64,000 bases of DNA from Eledone cirrhosa (lineage: Eukaryota). The stretch's first letter is position 1; every line of letters begins with the position of its first letter. Shown here piece by piece: positions 39,326 through 51,314 of the stretch. The position numbers and the translations under genes are program-made. Location of the stretch: the NCBI GenBank assembly GCA_964016885.1, contig OZ024750.1, positions 40,238,001 through 40,302,000 of the forward strand, in the 5' to 3' direction. The notes under the pieces were generated by a model. It did no database searches and was not told the origin of the DNA. It saw nothing but the letters and a program-made list of their open reading frames with translations.

Positions 39326-40640
39326 TCCAAGGCCTCCTTCGATCAGAGCTGACCACAGGTAGTATCCTGTAGTAGTCTCAGCTGGAGCAGTGTCTCTGGT
39401 GACTAAACAGACCTATACGTGAGTGACAGTGTCAGCCTCAGCTGGAGCAGTGTCTCTGGTGACTAAACAGACCTATACGTGAGTGACAGTGTCAGCCTCA
39501 GCTGGAGCAGTGTCTCTGGTGACTAAACAGACCTATACGTGAGTGACAGTGTCAGCCTCAGCTGGAGCAGTGTCTCTGGTGACTAAACAGACCTATACGT
39601 GAGTGACAGTGTCAGCCTCAGCTGGAGCAGTGTCTCTGGTGACTAAACAGACCTATACGTGAGTGACAGTGTCAGTCTCAGCTGGAGCAGTGTCTCTGGT
39701 GACTAAACAGACCTATACGTGAGTGACAGTGTCAGCCTCAGCTGGAGCAGTGTCTCTGGTGACTAAACAGACCTATACGTGAGTGACAGTGTCAGCCTCA
39801 GCTGGAGCAGTGTCTCTGGTGACTAAACAGACCTATACGTGAGTGACAGTGTCAGCCTCAGCTGGAGCAGTATCTCTGGTGACTAAACAGACCTATACGT
39901 GAGTGACAGTGTCAGCCTCAGCTGGAGCAGTGTCTCTGGTGACTAAACAGACCTATACGTGAGTGACAGTGTCAGCCTCAGCTGGAGCAGTGTCTCTGGT
40001 GACTAAACAGACCTATACGTGAGTGACAGTGTCAGTCTCAGCTGGAGCAGTATCTCTGGTGACTAAACAGACCTATACGTGAGTGACAGTGTCAGCCTCA
40101 GCTGGAGCAGTGTCTCTGGTGACTAAACAGACCTATACGTGAGTGACAGTGTCAGCCTCAGCTGGAGCAGTGTCTCTGGTGACTAAACAGACCTATACGT
40201 GAGTGACAGTGTCAGCCTCAGCTGGAGCAGTGTCTCTGGTAGCGAAACAAACCTATACGTGAGTGACAGTCTCTGTCACATTGAACACATCTGGTCTGTT
40301 GGATTTATTGCCCTCCTTTCACCGGGCTCTCCTGTCCACTGCTGCAGTCATCAAACTCCCCTTCCTTGATTTGAGGTGTTGATTCAGGGTGTTTCTCCAT
40401 CTTGGCTGGTCAGCTGTGAGGGCCTCTCAGGATCCTGTGTTGATCTCAATGGTCTTTAGATCTCACCTCACAACGCCGAGGACGACCGGTGGCTCTCTTT
40501 CCAGAGGTCAGTTCCCCATAGAAGATATCTTTTGGGATGCGACCATCTTTCATGCGGTGGACGTGTCCTAGCCATCACAGTCTGTGGTGTTGGAGCAGGG
40601 TAAACATGCTGGATAGGCCAACATGAATAAGGATCTCAGG
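39326..40640 (-). mobile_element. RTE/BovB-like LINE 3' fragment containing a 60-bp tandem array
   Basis: Minus-strand translation WLGHVHRMKDGRIPKDIFYGEL...GRPR, ending CHSRIGLFSHQRHCSS*. Confidence 0.75.
39377..40270. repeat. 60-bp tandem repeat, about 15 near-identical copies
   Basis: Unit ctcagctggagcagtgtctctggtgactaaacagacctatacgtgagtgacagtgtcagc, in register with the 60-nt lines. Confidence 0.97.
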
Positions 40641-40692
40641 TATATTATACATACGTTGTGTTTATATAGCATATTATACATATCTATCTATC

Positions 40693-41270
40693 TAGGGCGG
40701 GTATAATTCCCGAGATCCATGGACGAGTTCTCTCCAGCAGTCTCTGTCCCTCATTATCGCTGCCATGTCCTGCATCTCCAAGAGACCAGTGTCTGTCCTT
40801 AGGGCATCAACATATGTTAACCTCGGTCTTCCTCTTCCAGTGTGTCCATGTAGGAGCTCCCACAGGAGCACTGAGTGCAGTGTCAACTCTGGATGTCGGT
40901 GAGCATGTCCAGCTAACCTCAGTCCCCTCTGTGGTAGAGAATATTAAGCCAAAGAAGATTACTAATATAGGCGGGAAGCCGCTAAAATTGGTTGAGGACT
41001 TCCTGTATCTGGGAGCAAAGATTGGGAATATGGAAGATGATGTAGTTGAGAGGAAGAGCAAAGCCTGGGCGACGTGCCACAGCTTGCGATCGGTGTGGAA
41101 GTCGGACCTTCGTAAGGACCTAAGACCCGTCTCTTCGTTGCTGTAGTGGAGTCTGTGCTGCTGTACGGGTCTGAGACTTGGACACTGACCAAGAAACTCA
41201 CTCAGATGGTGGATGGGTGCTACACGAGAATTCTGAGGATGGCTCTGAACATTAATCAGTATACACTGAG
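40693..41270 (-). mobile_element. RTE-type LINE 3' fragment with 5' inversion (same family as 17958-18702)
   Basis: 3' end on the minus strand at 40693-40930 (GRPRLTYVDALRTDTG...DRDCWRELV); upstream portion on the plus strand at 40931-41270 (VEDFLYLG...ETWTLTKK...LRMALNINQYTLR). Confidence 0.8.
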
Positions 41271-41588
41271 AATTATACATATGTTGTGTGTATATAGCAT
41301 ATTATACATCCATTGTGTGTATATAACATATTTAATATGTGTTGTCTAAATGATTAAGTCTCCCGGTGGCAGCAATGGCTGGTGTTATTGGCAGCCTTAG
41401 AAAATCACAGTGGTAATATAGACATATGGGGGAGAGAGAGAGAGAGAGGGGAAGAGAAGGAGTGTGTGAGAGAGAAAGGGGGAAAGAGATGGAGAGAGAG
41501 AGTGTGTGTGAGAGAGAGAAAAGGGAGTGACGGAGAGAGAGAGAGAGTGTGTGTGTATGTCTCTATGCATGTATGTACGTATGTACGT

Positions 41589-41640
<52 letters not shown>

Positions 41641-41786
41641 GAAGTAACAGGAGGCTGGACTGGTGTAAATCCTTGAAAAGTTTATTATACTATGATCATT
41701 TCAGACCTTAAGGAATATATATATATATATATATATATAGATGAGATTCTACAGGACTAGAACTGTTTCATTCATTAGAAATCATC

Positions 41787-41837
41787 AGATTCCTGATGAT
41801 TTCTAATGAATGAAACAGTTCTAGTCCTGTAGAATCT
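41787..41837 (+). ncRNA. Hammerhead ribozyme (family H7)
   Basis: agattc-CTGATGA-tttctaatgaat-GAAA-cag ttctagtc ctg-TA-gaatct. Stems I and III pair fully; stem II is ttc/gaa. Confidence 0.8.
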
Positions 41838-41919
41838 CATCTATATTAAAACTGTTATACTCTGCTATGTATTGAGTACCTTACTTACTGTGGTTACCTC
41901 CGATTCAACCCGGAATAAC

Positions 41920-41988
<69 letters not shown>

Positions 41989-42130
41989 GAAGGAAATGTG
42001 GTAAGGAACCAGGTGGACCATAACGCACCAAAGTACTCAATACTTAGGGTAGTAGAGTCGGTAATAGGAATTCTAGTCCAGAATTAGCCGTCGAAACGGC
42101 TTGAGCTCAGCCGTCGGAGTCCTACTCGTT

Positions 42131-42195
<65 letters not shown>

Positions 42196-43570
42196 GTGTT
42201 TATTATAGTTCTCTAGACAATAACAAAGATTCTAGGAGCAGGGAATTTATGTACTGATGACCTAGTTCTCATCGCTGAAGAATTAGGGGAGAAATTCCTA
42301 GAAAGGTCTCAGTGTAAATTTATTAAAGTCAAAAGTTTTAGCAGAAAAGTTGACAGAATGAAATTTACTAGCATCTGGCAAGTGACATTGCTTGATATGC
42401 TAAAAATAGGAGCAGATAGGAATTCCAATAGTGTACATAATGTGAGTGTCACAACCCGTGGCCTCGTGGTTAGGACTTGTGATCATAATGTCGTGGGTTC
42501 CATCCCTGGATAGGGTACCGTGTTGTGCTCTGGAACAAAACACTAAAAATAACGGAAGGAGGTAGGTAGGTGCATTAATGTAAATGGTAGCGCGCTTGGC
42601 CGGCAAACAAGAGGTGTCGAATCGATCCCCCATGTGCCTTGATGCCCATCTTTTCCTGTCTAAATCCACAATTATTATACACCCATGACATACCTGTTCA
42701 GACTATTTTTCTCTACATCACCCCTTAAATCCCACTACGCTTGTCAAACATCATGACACCATATCTTTCGTCCTCTCTTTCCACCTATTGTCACGCACCC
42801 TTGACATCATACTTATCATCCGTCTTACTCTCCTCCCACCCCCATAAACATATCCCACTCGACACAGGTCATCACCCACCTACTTTATATAGTAAAGAGG
42901 TTTCTTCCGTTCAGTAAACAACCGACACTCCTCCTTAGTGCTGGTGCTACGAAAAATGCACCCAGTACACCTTATGAAGGGCTTGGTACCAAGAAACACT
43001 CTCCCCTCATCTCTGTAGAAGATTTGCCCATTAAAAGGTCGAGACGACTCTTCAGTTATGTCAAACATAAGTAGAGCCTAAGTCACGTCAGATACCTTGC
43101 GGTATTTCTTTCGGCCCTCTGCGCTCTCTATCCAATTTCAAATCCCGCCAAGGTTAACTTTGAATTTCATCCTTTCGAGGTCGAGAAAGAAATACCAATC
43201 CAGTACTGGGGTCTCCCCCCCCTCCTCCCTCTCTCCTTTTTTCTCCTATCTCTCTCTTTCTCTCCCCACCCCTCTCTCTCCTTTTCTCTCCTATCTCTCT
43301 CTTTCTCCCCCTCTTACTCCCCCCTCTTTCTCTCCCCCTATCTCTCACTTTCTCCCCTCTCTTTCTCCCTCACCTCTCTCTCTATCCCTATCTATCTTTC
43401 CCCCTCTCTCTTTCGCCCCCTCTTTCTTCCTCTCTCTCTCTCTTCCTCCTCTTTATCTCCCCCTATCTCCCACTTTCTCCCCCTCATCTCTCCAGACACT
43501 CGTCTATTTAAACCTGCAATGTCAATGCAGTAGGTCCGTGTGAAGACACATCCAAAACTTCATCAACCGC

Positions 43571-44263
43571 ATGCAGTTCTCTGGCTACAACCAAACAGAC
43601 AGAATCAGAGTATACGAAGGAGCCACGGAGAAGTACAAGACCCTCATAGAACTGGACATGAAAGGAATTTGCCCATTATACAGGAGAAAATCATGGAATA
43701 GCTCAGATAGGACTAAACATAAGATAGGGAAAGCCACCTCATGGTACGACAACCAGAGATACCAGAGTGTCATGTTCGTGGACGCTACCCCTGGAGGGAA
43801 ATTAGCTAACCAGTGTAGAAAGGCCCTGAGAAAGACCCACTTAAAGATTAAGGTGGTAGAAAAGCCAGGAACTACCATAAAATCCCTGATCAGCAAAATA
43901 TACCCTTTTAAGAAAACCCACTGTACTAATAGGAAATGTATTATATGTAAAGTAAACTCCCGGATAAACTGTAAAACTAGAAACGTAGTCTATAGCATAA
44001 GATGTACAGAGGGTACTTGCAGAAATATGACAACAACATACAAAGGCGAGACAGCTCGTAGCATAGGTGAAAGGATAGACCAACACTGGGGGGAACTAAA
44101 AGGACGAAAAACGGTTCACGCCAGACAACAACATGACGGTAACATAGACAACATAGAAATTAAAATAATATCTAAACATAGAAATGACCCAGCAGATAAG
44201 CAAATCAGAGAAGCAAGTGAAATAGAACTTAGAAGGCCAAAGCTAAACAGAAAAAATGAATAG
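43571..44263 (+). pseudogene. 5'-truncated Penelope-like element ORF (RT thumb/linker and GIY-YIG endonuclease)
   Basis: MQFSGY...CTNRKCIIC...CKTRNVVYSIRC...YKGETARSIGERIDQH...READ-like IREASEI...PKLN, which is the GIY-YIG signature of PLEs. The RT core is absent. Confidence 0.85.
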
Positions 44264-44532
44264 AATAACAACAACACCCAAACAAACAATACTGACCTAA
44301 GAGAAATATAAATAAATAAATAAATATATACACAAGCACAATAACAACAGACACATATAAACACACACTAGTAAACTAAGATAGAATACAATAACCCAAA
44401 CACGAACACACACCAAACACTATACACACACGCAAACGCATGCGCAGAGAAGAAGACAAAAATAAATAAATAAATAAACAGATTAAATAAAGACTGCGTA
44501 GATATACAATACAACAGGAGGAACATAATAAT

Positions 44533-44584
44533 AGCACCACTGACGATGTTGCAAATATGCAACGAAAGAACTTTGTTAGACTAT
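44533..44584 (+). ncRNA. Degenerate hammerhead in the 3' UTR of the GIY-YIG PLE
   Basis: CTGACGA-t-gttgca aata tgcaac-GAAA-gaactttgt-TA-gactat; stems I and III are imperfect. Confidence 0.5.
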
Positions 44585-45058
44585 ATATAGATATGTTTGT
44601 GTCTATATTATATCTGTATATTTTGACCGTTGGTCAGTCAATGGTAAACATTGAGGACCGAATAAATTAACTGATATAAAAGATACAGAAGCGAAAACCA
44701 AACAAACAGTGAGTGTGTTCTGTTATTAATTGTGGCAATATTATTACAACAATATGACCCTCCCAAAGTATAACAATATTTGTTTCGACACACGATTTCA
44801 TATCAAAATCCTCGCAAACAAATATATATATATATATATATAGGAACGAGTAGGACCCCGACGGCTGAGCTCAAGCCGTTTCGACGGCTAATTCTGGACT
44901 ATATTGAAGCTATTAAGCTTTAGTCCAGAATTAGCCGTCGAAACGGCTTGAGCTCAGCCGTCGGGGTCCTACTCGTTCCTATTACCGACTCTACTACCCT
45001 AAGTATTGAGTACTTTGGTGCGTTATGGTCCATCTGGTTCCTTACCACATTTCCTTCG

Positions 45059-45090
<32 letters not shown>

Positions 45091-45889
45091 CGAAGGAGTT
45101 GTGGTAAGGAACCAGATGGACCATAACGCACCAGAGTACTCAATACTTAGGGTAGTAGAGTGGGTAATAGGAGAAAGTATGACCCCGACGGCAGAGCTCA
45201 AGCCGTTTCGACGGCTATTTCTGGACTCAGAAATAGCCGTCGAAACAGCCTAAGCTCTGCCGTCGAGGTCATACTTTCTCCTATATACATAGATATAGAT
45301 ATAGATATATAAATATACATAGTAACATAGGTTGCAACTGTAAAATCTTAATAGGTTAACTTCCTCTCATACTTTATATAGAGATATAAACAGCTATTTC
45401 ACCTTTGCTGGGGTCAAACTCCAGACACACTTAGCAACCTCATTAAGTCCTTTCATAATTTAACTAAATTTCACTCTCTATAAATAGAGGCTGTTAATAT
45501 AGGCTGCTTAATAGCTTCAATATAATCTAGATAGTAATAAAACACCACCATCCGCGCTCTCTCTCTTTTTCTCTTTGTCCTTCTCTCTCATCATCTCTCT
45601 TTGGCCTTCTTACTCATCATCTGTCTTTCTCTCTCTTTGGCCTTCTCTCTCATCATCTCTCTTTCTCTCTCCTTGTCTTTCTTTCTCTTCATCTCTCTTT
45701 TCTATTTCTTTCTTTCCTTCTCTCTCATCACAAATCTAGCACACGCAAATACATGCACACACTCATACACATACATATGTACATATACACACATATATAC
45801 ACATGTACTTACACACACGTATTGTATTCAGTGAATTGTGTACAAGAGAAAATAACTATATGCATTTCATGTACACACTGATATATATA

Positions 45890-45935
<46 letters not shown>

Positions 45936-46279
45936 CTGTGTGTGTGTACGTATGTAGGGTATGGGGTATTATAGTGACCAGGGTGTGATAACCTAAAAGG
46001 TTTCCTTCAGCCAGCCTCACGGCAAGATGGCGGTATCATTGACCACGAAATATGAAAATGAAAATATGTCGTCTGATTCACTGGAATTCACTTCGTATGC
46101 TTTGCTCACACACACACACATACACACACTCTCTCTCTCTCCCCCACCCACCCCACACACACCTACACACACACTCACTCATTCACTCACACACACACAC
46201 ACACTTACTCACTCACACACTCACACACACACACACTCGCTCATTCACTCACACACACACAAACATATGATCTTTAACT

Positions 46280-46552
46280 CGAACCCTAAATCTTAATACT
46301 AGCCGTAACGAACTCTAACCCTAATCTAGCTAGCCCTAACGAACCCTACCCTAGCGAACCCTAGTCCTAGCCCTAAAGACCACTAATTCTAATCCCAATG
46401 AAACTTTAACCCAATACTAACTATAACCCTAACAAACCTTAATTCCAACTCTAATAAAACTTAGCCTTAACAATCCCTAATGAAACTTTAACCTAGCGGA
46501 CAGTAATTCCAACTCTAATAAAACTTACAAATCGTATCCCTAACGGTCCCTA
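46280..46552. repeat. Degenerate (CCCTAA)-like tract
   Basis: Repeated aaccctaa / ccctag / ctctaa units. Confidence 0.6.
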
Positions 46553-46984
46553 ATAAAGACATTCCTGAGACATTCTGACCACGTGTTTTACTTCTAAAAA
46601 AAACAACAACCTTTTTATCCTGTTTTTCTTCTTTCCTTCTTTTCTTACTCTCATTTATCTTTCTATTTCTTCTCTCCCTCATTCTATTTTCCGATGAACG
46701 TCTAACGTCCGAAACGTTAGGACCCGTTCTTACTATATCTAGTGTTAAACTAATATATATCATTGTACTGTTTTCCTTTGTTGACTTTTCTAATGTCAAT
46801 CAGAAACCTCCATATAAACAGCTTGTACTATGTTGTGTTGTTTGTTGTTCTAGTATTTCTCGACAAGTTTTAGCCTCAAACTTCAATCAACGCCCTGGTG
46901 GTGGGTAGGGTGGGAGATGGGAGTGGGGTTTCTGGTGGGGCGGTTCTGTGTGGGTGGGAGGGTAGTGATGGTATTTGTGGTATT

Positions 46985-47312
46985 TGTGAAGGTGGTGGTT
47001 GTGGTTGTGGTGGTGGTGGTCGTCGTCGTTGTGGTGGTGGTGGTGGTTGAGGTGGTGGTAGTGGTGGTGGTTGTTGAGGTGGTGGTAGTGGTGGTTGAGG
47101 TGGTGGTAGAGGTGGTAGTGGTGGTGGTGATGGCAGTAGTGGTGGTGGTGTTGATGGTTGTGGTGGTGGTGGTGGTGGTGGTTGTCGTGGTTGTGGTGGT
47201 GGTGGTGCTGGTGAGAGTGATGGTGGTTGTGGTGTTGGTGGTGGTGGTTGTGGTGGTGGTGGTGGTGGTGGTAGTCGTGGTGGTGGTGGTGGTAGTCGTG
47301 GTGGTGGTGGTG
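46985..47312. repeat. Degenerate (GGT)n tract
   Basis: Direct reading. Confidence 0.9.
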
Positions 47313-47982
47313 ATAATGAGTATGTGTTTTTACAGTATTTAACCAGGAAGGGAAGGCGAGTTGCCCTGACCTTGTTTAGGGTCTGAGACACTGGTGGGGG
47401 GTTGGTAAGATATATCCTCAGATCAGGGACCCTACCCATGCAATAGAGCAGTTAGGGACCAGGCGCTGGTGTTAAACTAGGCAAGAGATTCAGTCTACTA
47501 TCGAAGTAGGCTACAGTGGGATTTAAACTCAGAACAAACACCACAAGGTATCACGTCTGATGTTCTAACAATTCCACCAGTTGACCAGCCTGAATTGATG
47601 GTACTTTAACCCAGGGGCTGGACTGCTTCTGGAGCAGGTATGGATAACCTTTTTCAAGCACTGGACGACATATGATCTAGTTCATCATAAGGTGGGCTGC
47701 ACTACTACAAAATTCAAGACAATTTTGGCAGAGGGGCCGCAGTTTGGCCATTACTGCTCTAAAGTATAAGAACCAATATCACGATGTATATATATATATA
47801 TATATATATATGAAAAAAAAACAAGATATCCTACACGAGTGAAAGTATACGGAATAAAATGAAATCGAAAATACAACTGGAGTCTTTTTAAGAATATTTA
47901 TTTGTTTCCTTTACCGGTTTCATAGTTCTTATGCTTTTCAAAAGTAGAATTGAGATGGTGGGTTTGTGGTTTTTCTCGCATC

Positions 47983-48022
<40 letters not shown>

Positions 48023-48059
48023 ATATTAAATAAATGGAAACTATATTTATAAAACCATA

Positions 48060-48125
48060 TTTATTCTATTATATATATTTCAAGGGTACCAAAACTTTGG
48101 TACGCTCTCATCAGATAAAATACAA
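48060..48125 (-). ncRNA. Hammerhead ribozyme (H1-related; second copy 49631-49696, minus strand)
   Basis: Minus strand: tattttat-CTGATGA-gagcgtaccaaagttttggtaccctt-GAAA-tatata-TA-atagaata. Confidence 0.72.
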
Positions 48126-48318
48126 AGTTTGTTTTATAAATATTGACATATCCAGGAAGAAGATATTAACGGTTCAAGTTTTTCCTGGATAGTATAAATA
48201 TAGTTTCCATTTATTTAATATCATTGAATATTATACTCCAGAAAATTTGTCGAGTGCTTCGAATCAGTTATAAATATATATATTTGTTGAATTACCAACA
48301 AATTAAATATCCCTTTTG

Positions 48319-48365
<47 letters not shown>

Positions 48366-48486
48366 TTACATAGATCTATATGATATACATACCAACACAC
48401 ACATATATATCCTAGAAACGATCGTAAAATGATGAATTTTTTAATATAAGGAACTGTTTCTTTGTTTTTATTCATTATTTTTATTA

Positions 48487-48528
<42 letters not shown>

Positions 48529-48551
48529 AGATTCAAGACCCCGATGAATCT

Positions 48552-48587
<36 letters not shown>

Positions 48588-48596
48588 AGATTCAAG

Positions 48597-48692
48597 ACCC
48601 CGACGGCTGAGCTCCGGCCGTTTCGACAGTTAGATCCGAACTAAGCCACCAATATTAGAACGGCAGGAATCTAGCTGAACTTACCGAGGGGT
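48597..48692 (-). ncRNA. Hammerhead-like motif with divergent core (family H4)
   Basis: Minus strand: acccc-TCGGTAA-long stem II-GAAA-cggc cggagctca gccg-TC-ggggt. The 3' half (GAAAcggcttgagctcagccgTCggggt) recurs at about 5410, 42093, 44856, 44940 and 45182. Confidence 0.45.
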
Positions 48693-49032
48693 ACAGTCCA
48701 TATGCAGTTAAAGCCAAAAAAAAAGCAAAAAATATTAAAGTTTGTTGTTTTTCTTGTCTTTCACCTGGGAGTGGTCAGTGACATGGGATGTCATGTATAT
48801 AGTTTATTACTCTGGTGCGTTATAGTCCACCTGGTATCTATTTTGAGTTTCTAACTCAATATATACGTTTGATAAGTGACAGTACATTGCCCTTTCCGCC
48901 CTTGCCTTCTATCTTTACACACGGCACTAGACAAGATTGTTTCTTCATCATACACTCTCATCCGGGAACAGTTCTGTATAGCGCCAGTTCGTGATTTGAA
49001 CTCGGGAATTTTATATTCTCCGAGTGAGAAGA

Positions 49033-49116
49033 ACCCTCTGACGAAAGTCTTCTTCTCAATGGATTTCCGCATGGATTATCCATTTATTTTGAGACCTGAA
49101 ACCGCGCGGTAAGGGT
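49033..49116 (+). ncRNA. Hammerhead ribozyme
   Basis: accct-CTGACGA-aagtctt...gagacct-GAAA-ccgcgcgg-TA-agggt. Confidence 0.78.
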
Positions 49117-49183
49117 AATTATAGTAGGTATAGTGAACTTTTTAAAATTTATTTTAAAACTTTTTCTTATTTGCTAAACCTTC

Positions 49184-49253
<70 letters not shown>

Positions 49254-49417
49254 TAGGTAAATATACACGGGTGTGTATGATTGTGTATAGAAGATTATAT
49301 TAATAAGAGGAATTCCAACTTTGTCTGATTTACTCGTTTTATTTACAATCCTTTAAAATATATATAATGGTATTATAATGAAATAGTATGATAGAATATT
49401 AAATTCTAAGTGTTAAT

Positions 49418-49456
49418 TGAACAAGTACTTTCATGCTTTCGCAATCTTCAGGTTCA
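49418..49456 (-). ncRNA. Minimal hammerhead ribozyme (39 nt)
   Basis: Minus strand: tgaac-CTGAAGA-ttgc gaaa gcat-GAAA-gtac-TT-gttca. Confidence 0.72.
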
Positions 49457-49879
49457 TATTCAGTGGTGACAGTCGAGTTTGCAATTTTCATATATATAAG
49501 CAAAGGGATATTTAATTTGTTGGTAATTCAACAAATATATATATTTATAACAGATTCGAAGCACTCAACAGTTTCCTGGAGTATAATATCAATGATATTA
49601 ATAAATGGAAACTATATTTATAAAACCATATTTATTCTATTATATATATTTCAAGGGTACCAAAACTTTGGTACGCTCTCATCAGATAAAATACAAAGTT
49701 TGCTTTATAAATATTGACATATCCAGGAAGGAGATCTTAACGGTTCAAGTTTTACCTGGATAGTCCAGGTATCCAGGTAAAACTCCCTTATACATATTTC
49801 CCCGAGGACTCTCAGTTATGGTAGCCTGAGCTCTTCAGACGGCAAAACCTATAATAAAACAATGAAAGTTCCTCTCTCT

Positions 49880-50460
49880 CTCTCACACACACACATTCCC
49901 ATCATACACACACATTCCCATCACACACACACTCCCATCATACACACACGCACATATTCCCATCACACACACACTCCCATCATACACACACACACATACG
50001 CACGCACATACACTCACACATTCCCATCACACACACACACTCCCATCATACACACACACATTCCCATCACACACACACACGCACACACACATTCCCATCA
50101 TACACACACGCACATATTCCCATCACAAACACACTCCCATCATACACATACACGCACACATTCCCATCACACACACACTCCCATCATACACACACACACA
50201 TTCCCATCACACACACGCACACACACATTCCCTTCACACACACGCACATATTCCCATTCCCATCACACACACACTCCCATCATACACACACACACATTCC
50301 CATCACACACACGCACACACACACACACACTCCCATCATACACATACACACGCACACACACACACACACAGCGCGCGCTCACGTACGCACACACATGCAC
50401 TTTCTCTCTTACCAGACACAAATATACCCACCATACACACACACACACTCCCATAAGCCC
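49880..50460. repeat. Compound (CA)n array punctuated by ttcccatca/ctcccatca
   Basis: Direct reading. Confidence 0.9.
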
Positions 50461-50610
50461 CCACTCACCCCCATACACGTAAGTCCATGTTACCACACAC
50501 TAAACGTTTTTCAGGCATTACAAACCCTTTATATCATGTAATGTATGGTGTGGTGTGGTGTGGTAGGGGACCCTATATCATGTTATGTATGATGCAGTAG
50601 GGGTCTACAT

Positions 50611-50810
50611 CAGGCATGTCGCACCCAGGGTCCCCCGAGGGCCACAAGGGTCACATATGTGTTGTCTGAGGGCCACACATGGCAACTAATTGCGCACATT
50701 ACAACTAATTTGTTTATTTTATATTACGAAAATAAAACTTGCTCGCACTGTAAAAACATTTGTGCGGGCCGCAGGTGTGGTTGTAAAGGGCCGCATGTTT
50801 AACATGCCTG
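50611..50810. mobile_element. hAT (Charlie-like) MITE
   Basis: TIRs caggcatgt / acatgcctg; 8-bp TSD gtctacat / ctctacat; internal gggccgc motifs. Confidence 0.75.
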
Positions 50811-51314
50811 CTCTACATCATGTAATGTGTGGTGTGGTGTTGTAAGGGGCCCTATATAGTGGTAGCTTATATCATATTAAATTAGATGTCCGGGTTAAAA
50901 GTCAATATAAATAGCAACAGAAGATTGTGTTCGTTTCTTTGATATACCCATATATAATAAACACCCACATCTGGGTGTTGTATATTTTAAAGTAAACGCC
51001 CACATTTTCTAGGATTGGTGTTTTCCTTAAGAATTCAGATAACAGGACTATGACCTCAAAGTTGTTTTTTCCTTTAAGTTAATAAAAAATAAATTAAGAT
51101 TAAAAAACTACTGAGATAATTTCATTAAATTATTTTTACTTTTCCTTATTTCTTTATTCAGAGAAGGAGCTGGGAAGTAAAGCACTTTAAAAAAAAATAT
51201 TTGCTGTAGAGAGAAGAATATAGTTACAGCTATATTCTCTCTTCCACATTTTATTGCTTAACTCTTCCATTACCACATTTCTAATGAAAGACAGTCTGCG
51301 ATTTTCAAATCATT

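Larger units (their letters stand above)
43497..44780 (+). mobile_element. Penelope-like element 3' portion including UTR with hammerhead-like motif
   Basis: GIY-YIG ORF followed by an A/C-rich UTR, a CTGACGA...GAAA motif at 44540-44567, and a tail ending atgaccctcccaaagtataacaa that is shared with 3680-4208 and 34330-34500. Confidence 0.75.

Noticed and set aside
39377-40270. CRISPR-like appearance of the regular 60-bp array
   Set aside because: Units are identical with no unique spacers, there are no cas genes, the context is eukaryotic, and the unit derives from an RTE ORF end.
46690-46725. CCGATGA...GAAA hammerhead-like motif
   Set aside because: No NUH cleavage triplet or stem I pairing follows.
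46876-47439. Pro-rich and Val-rich ORFs
   Set aside because: Translations of a (GGT)n tract.
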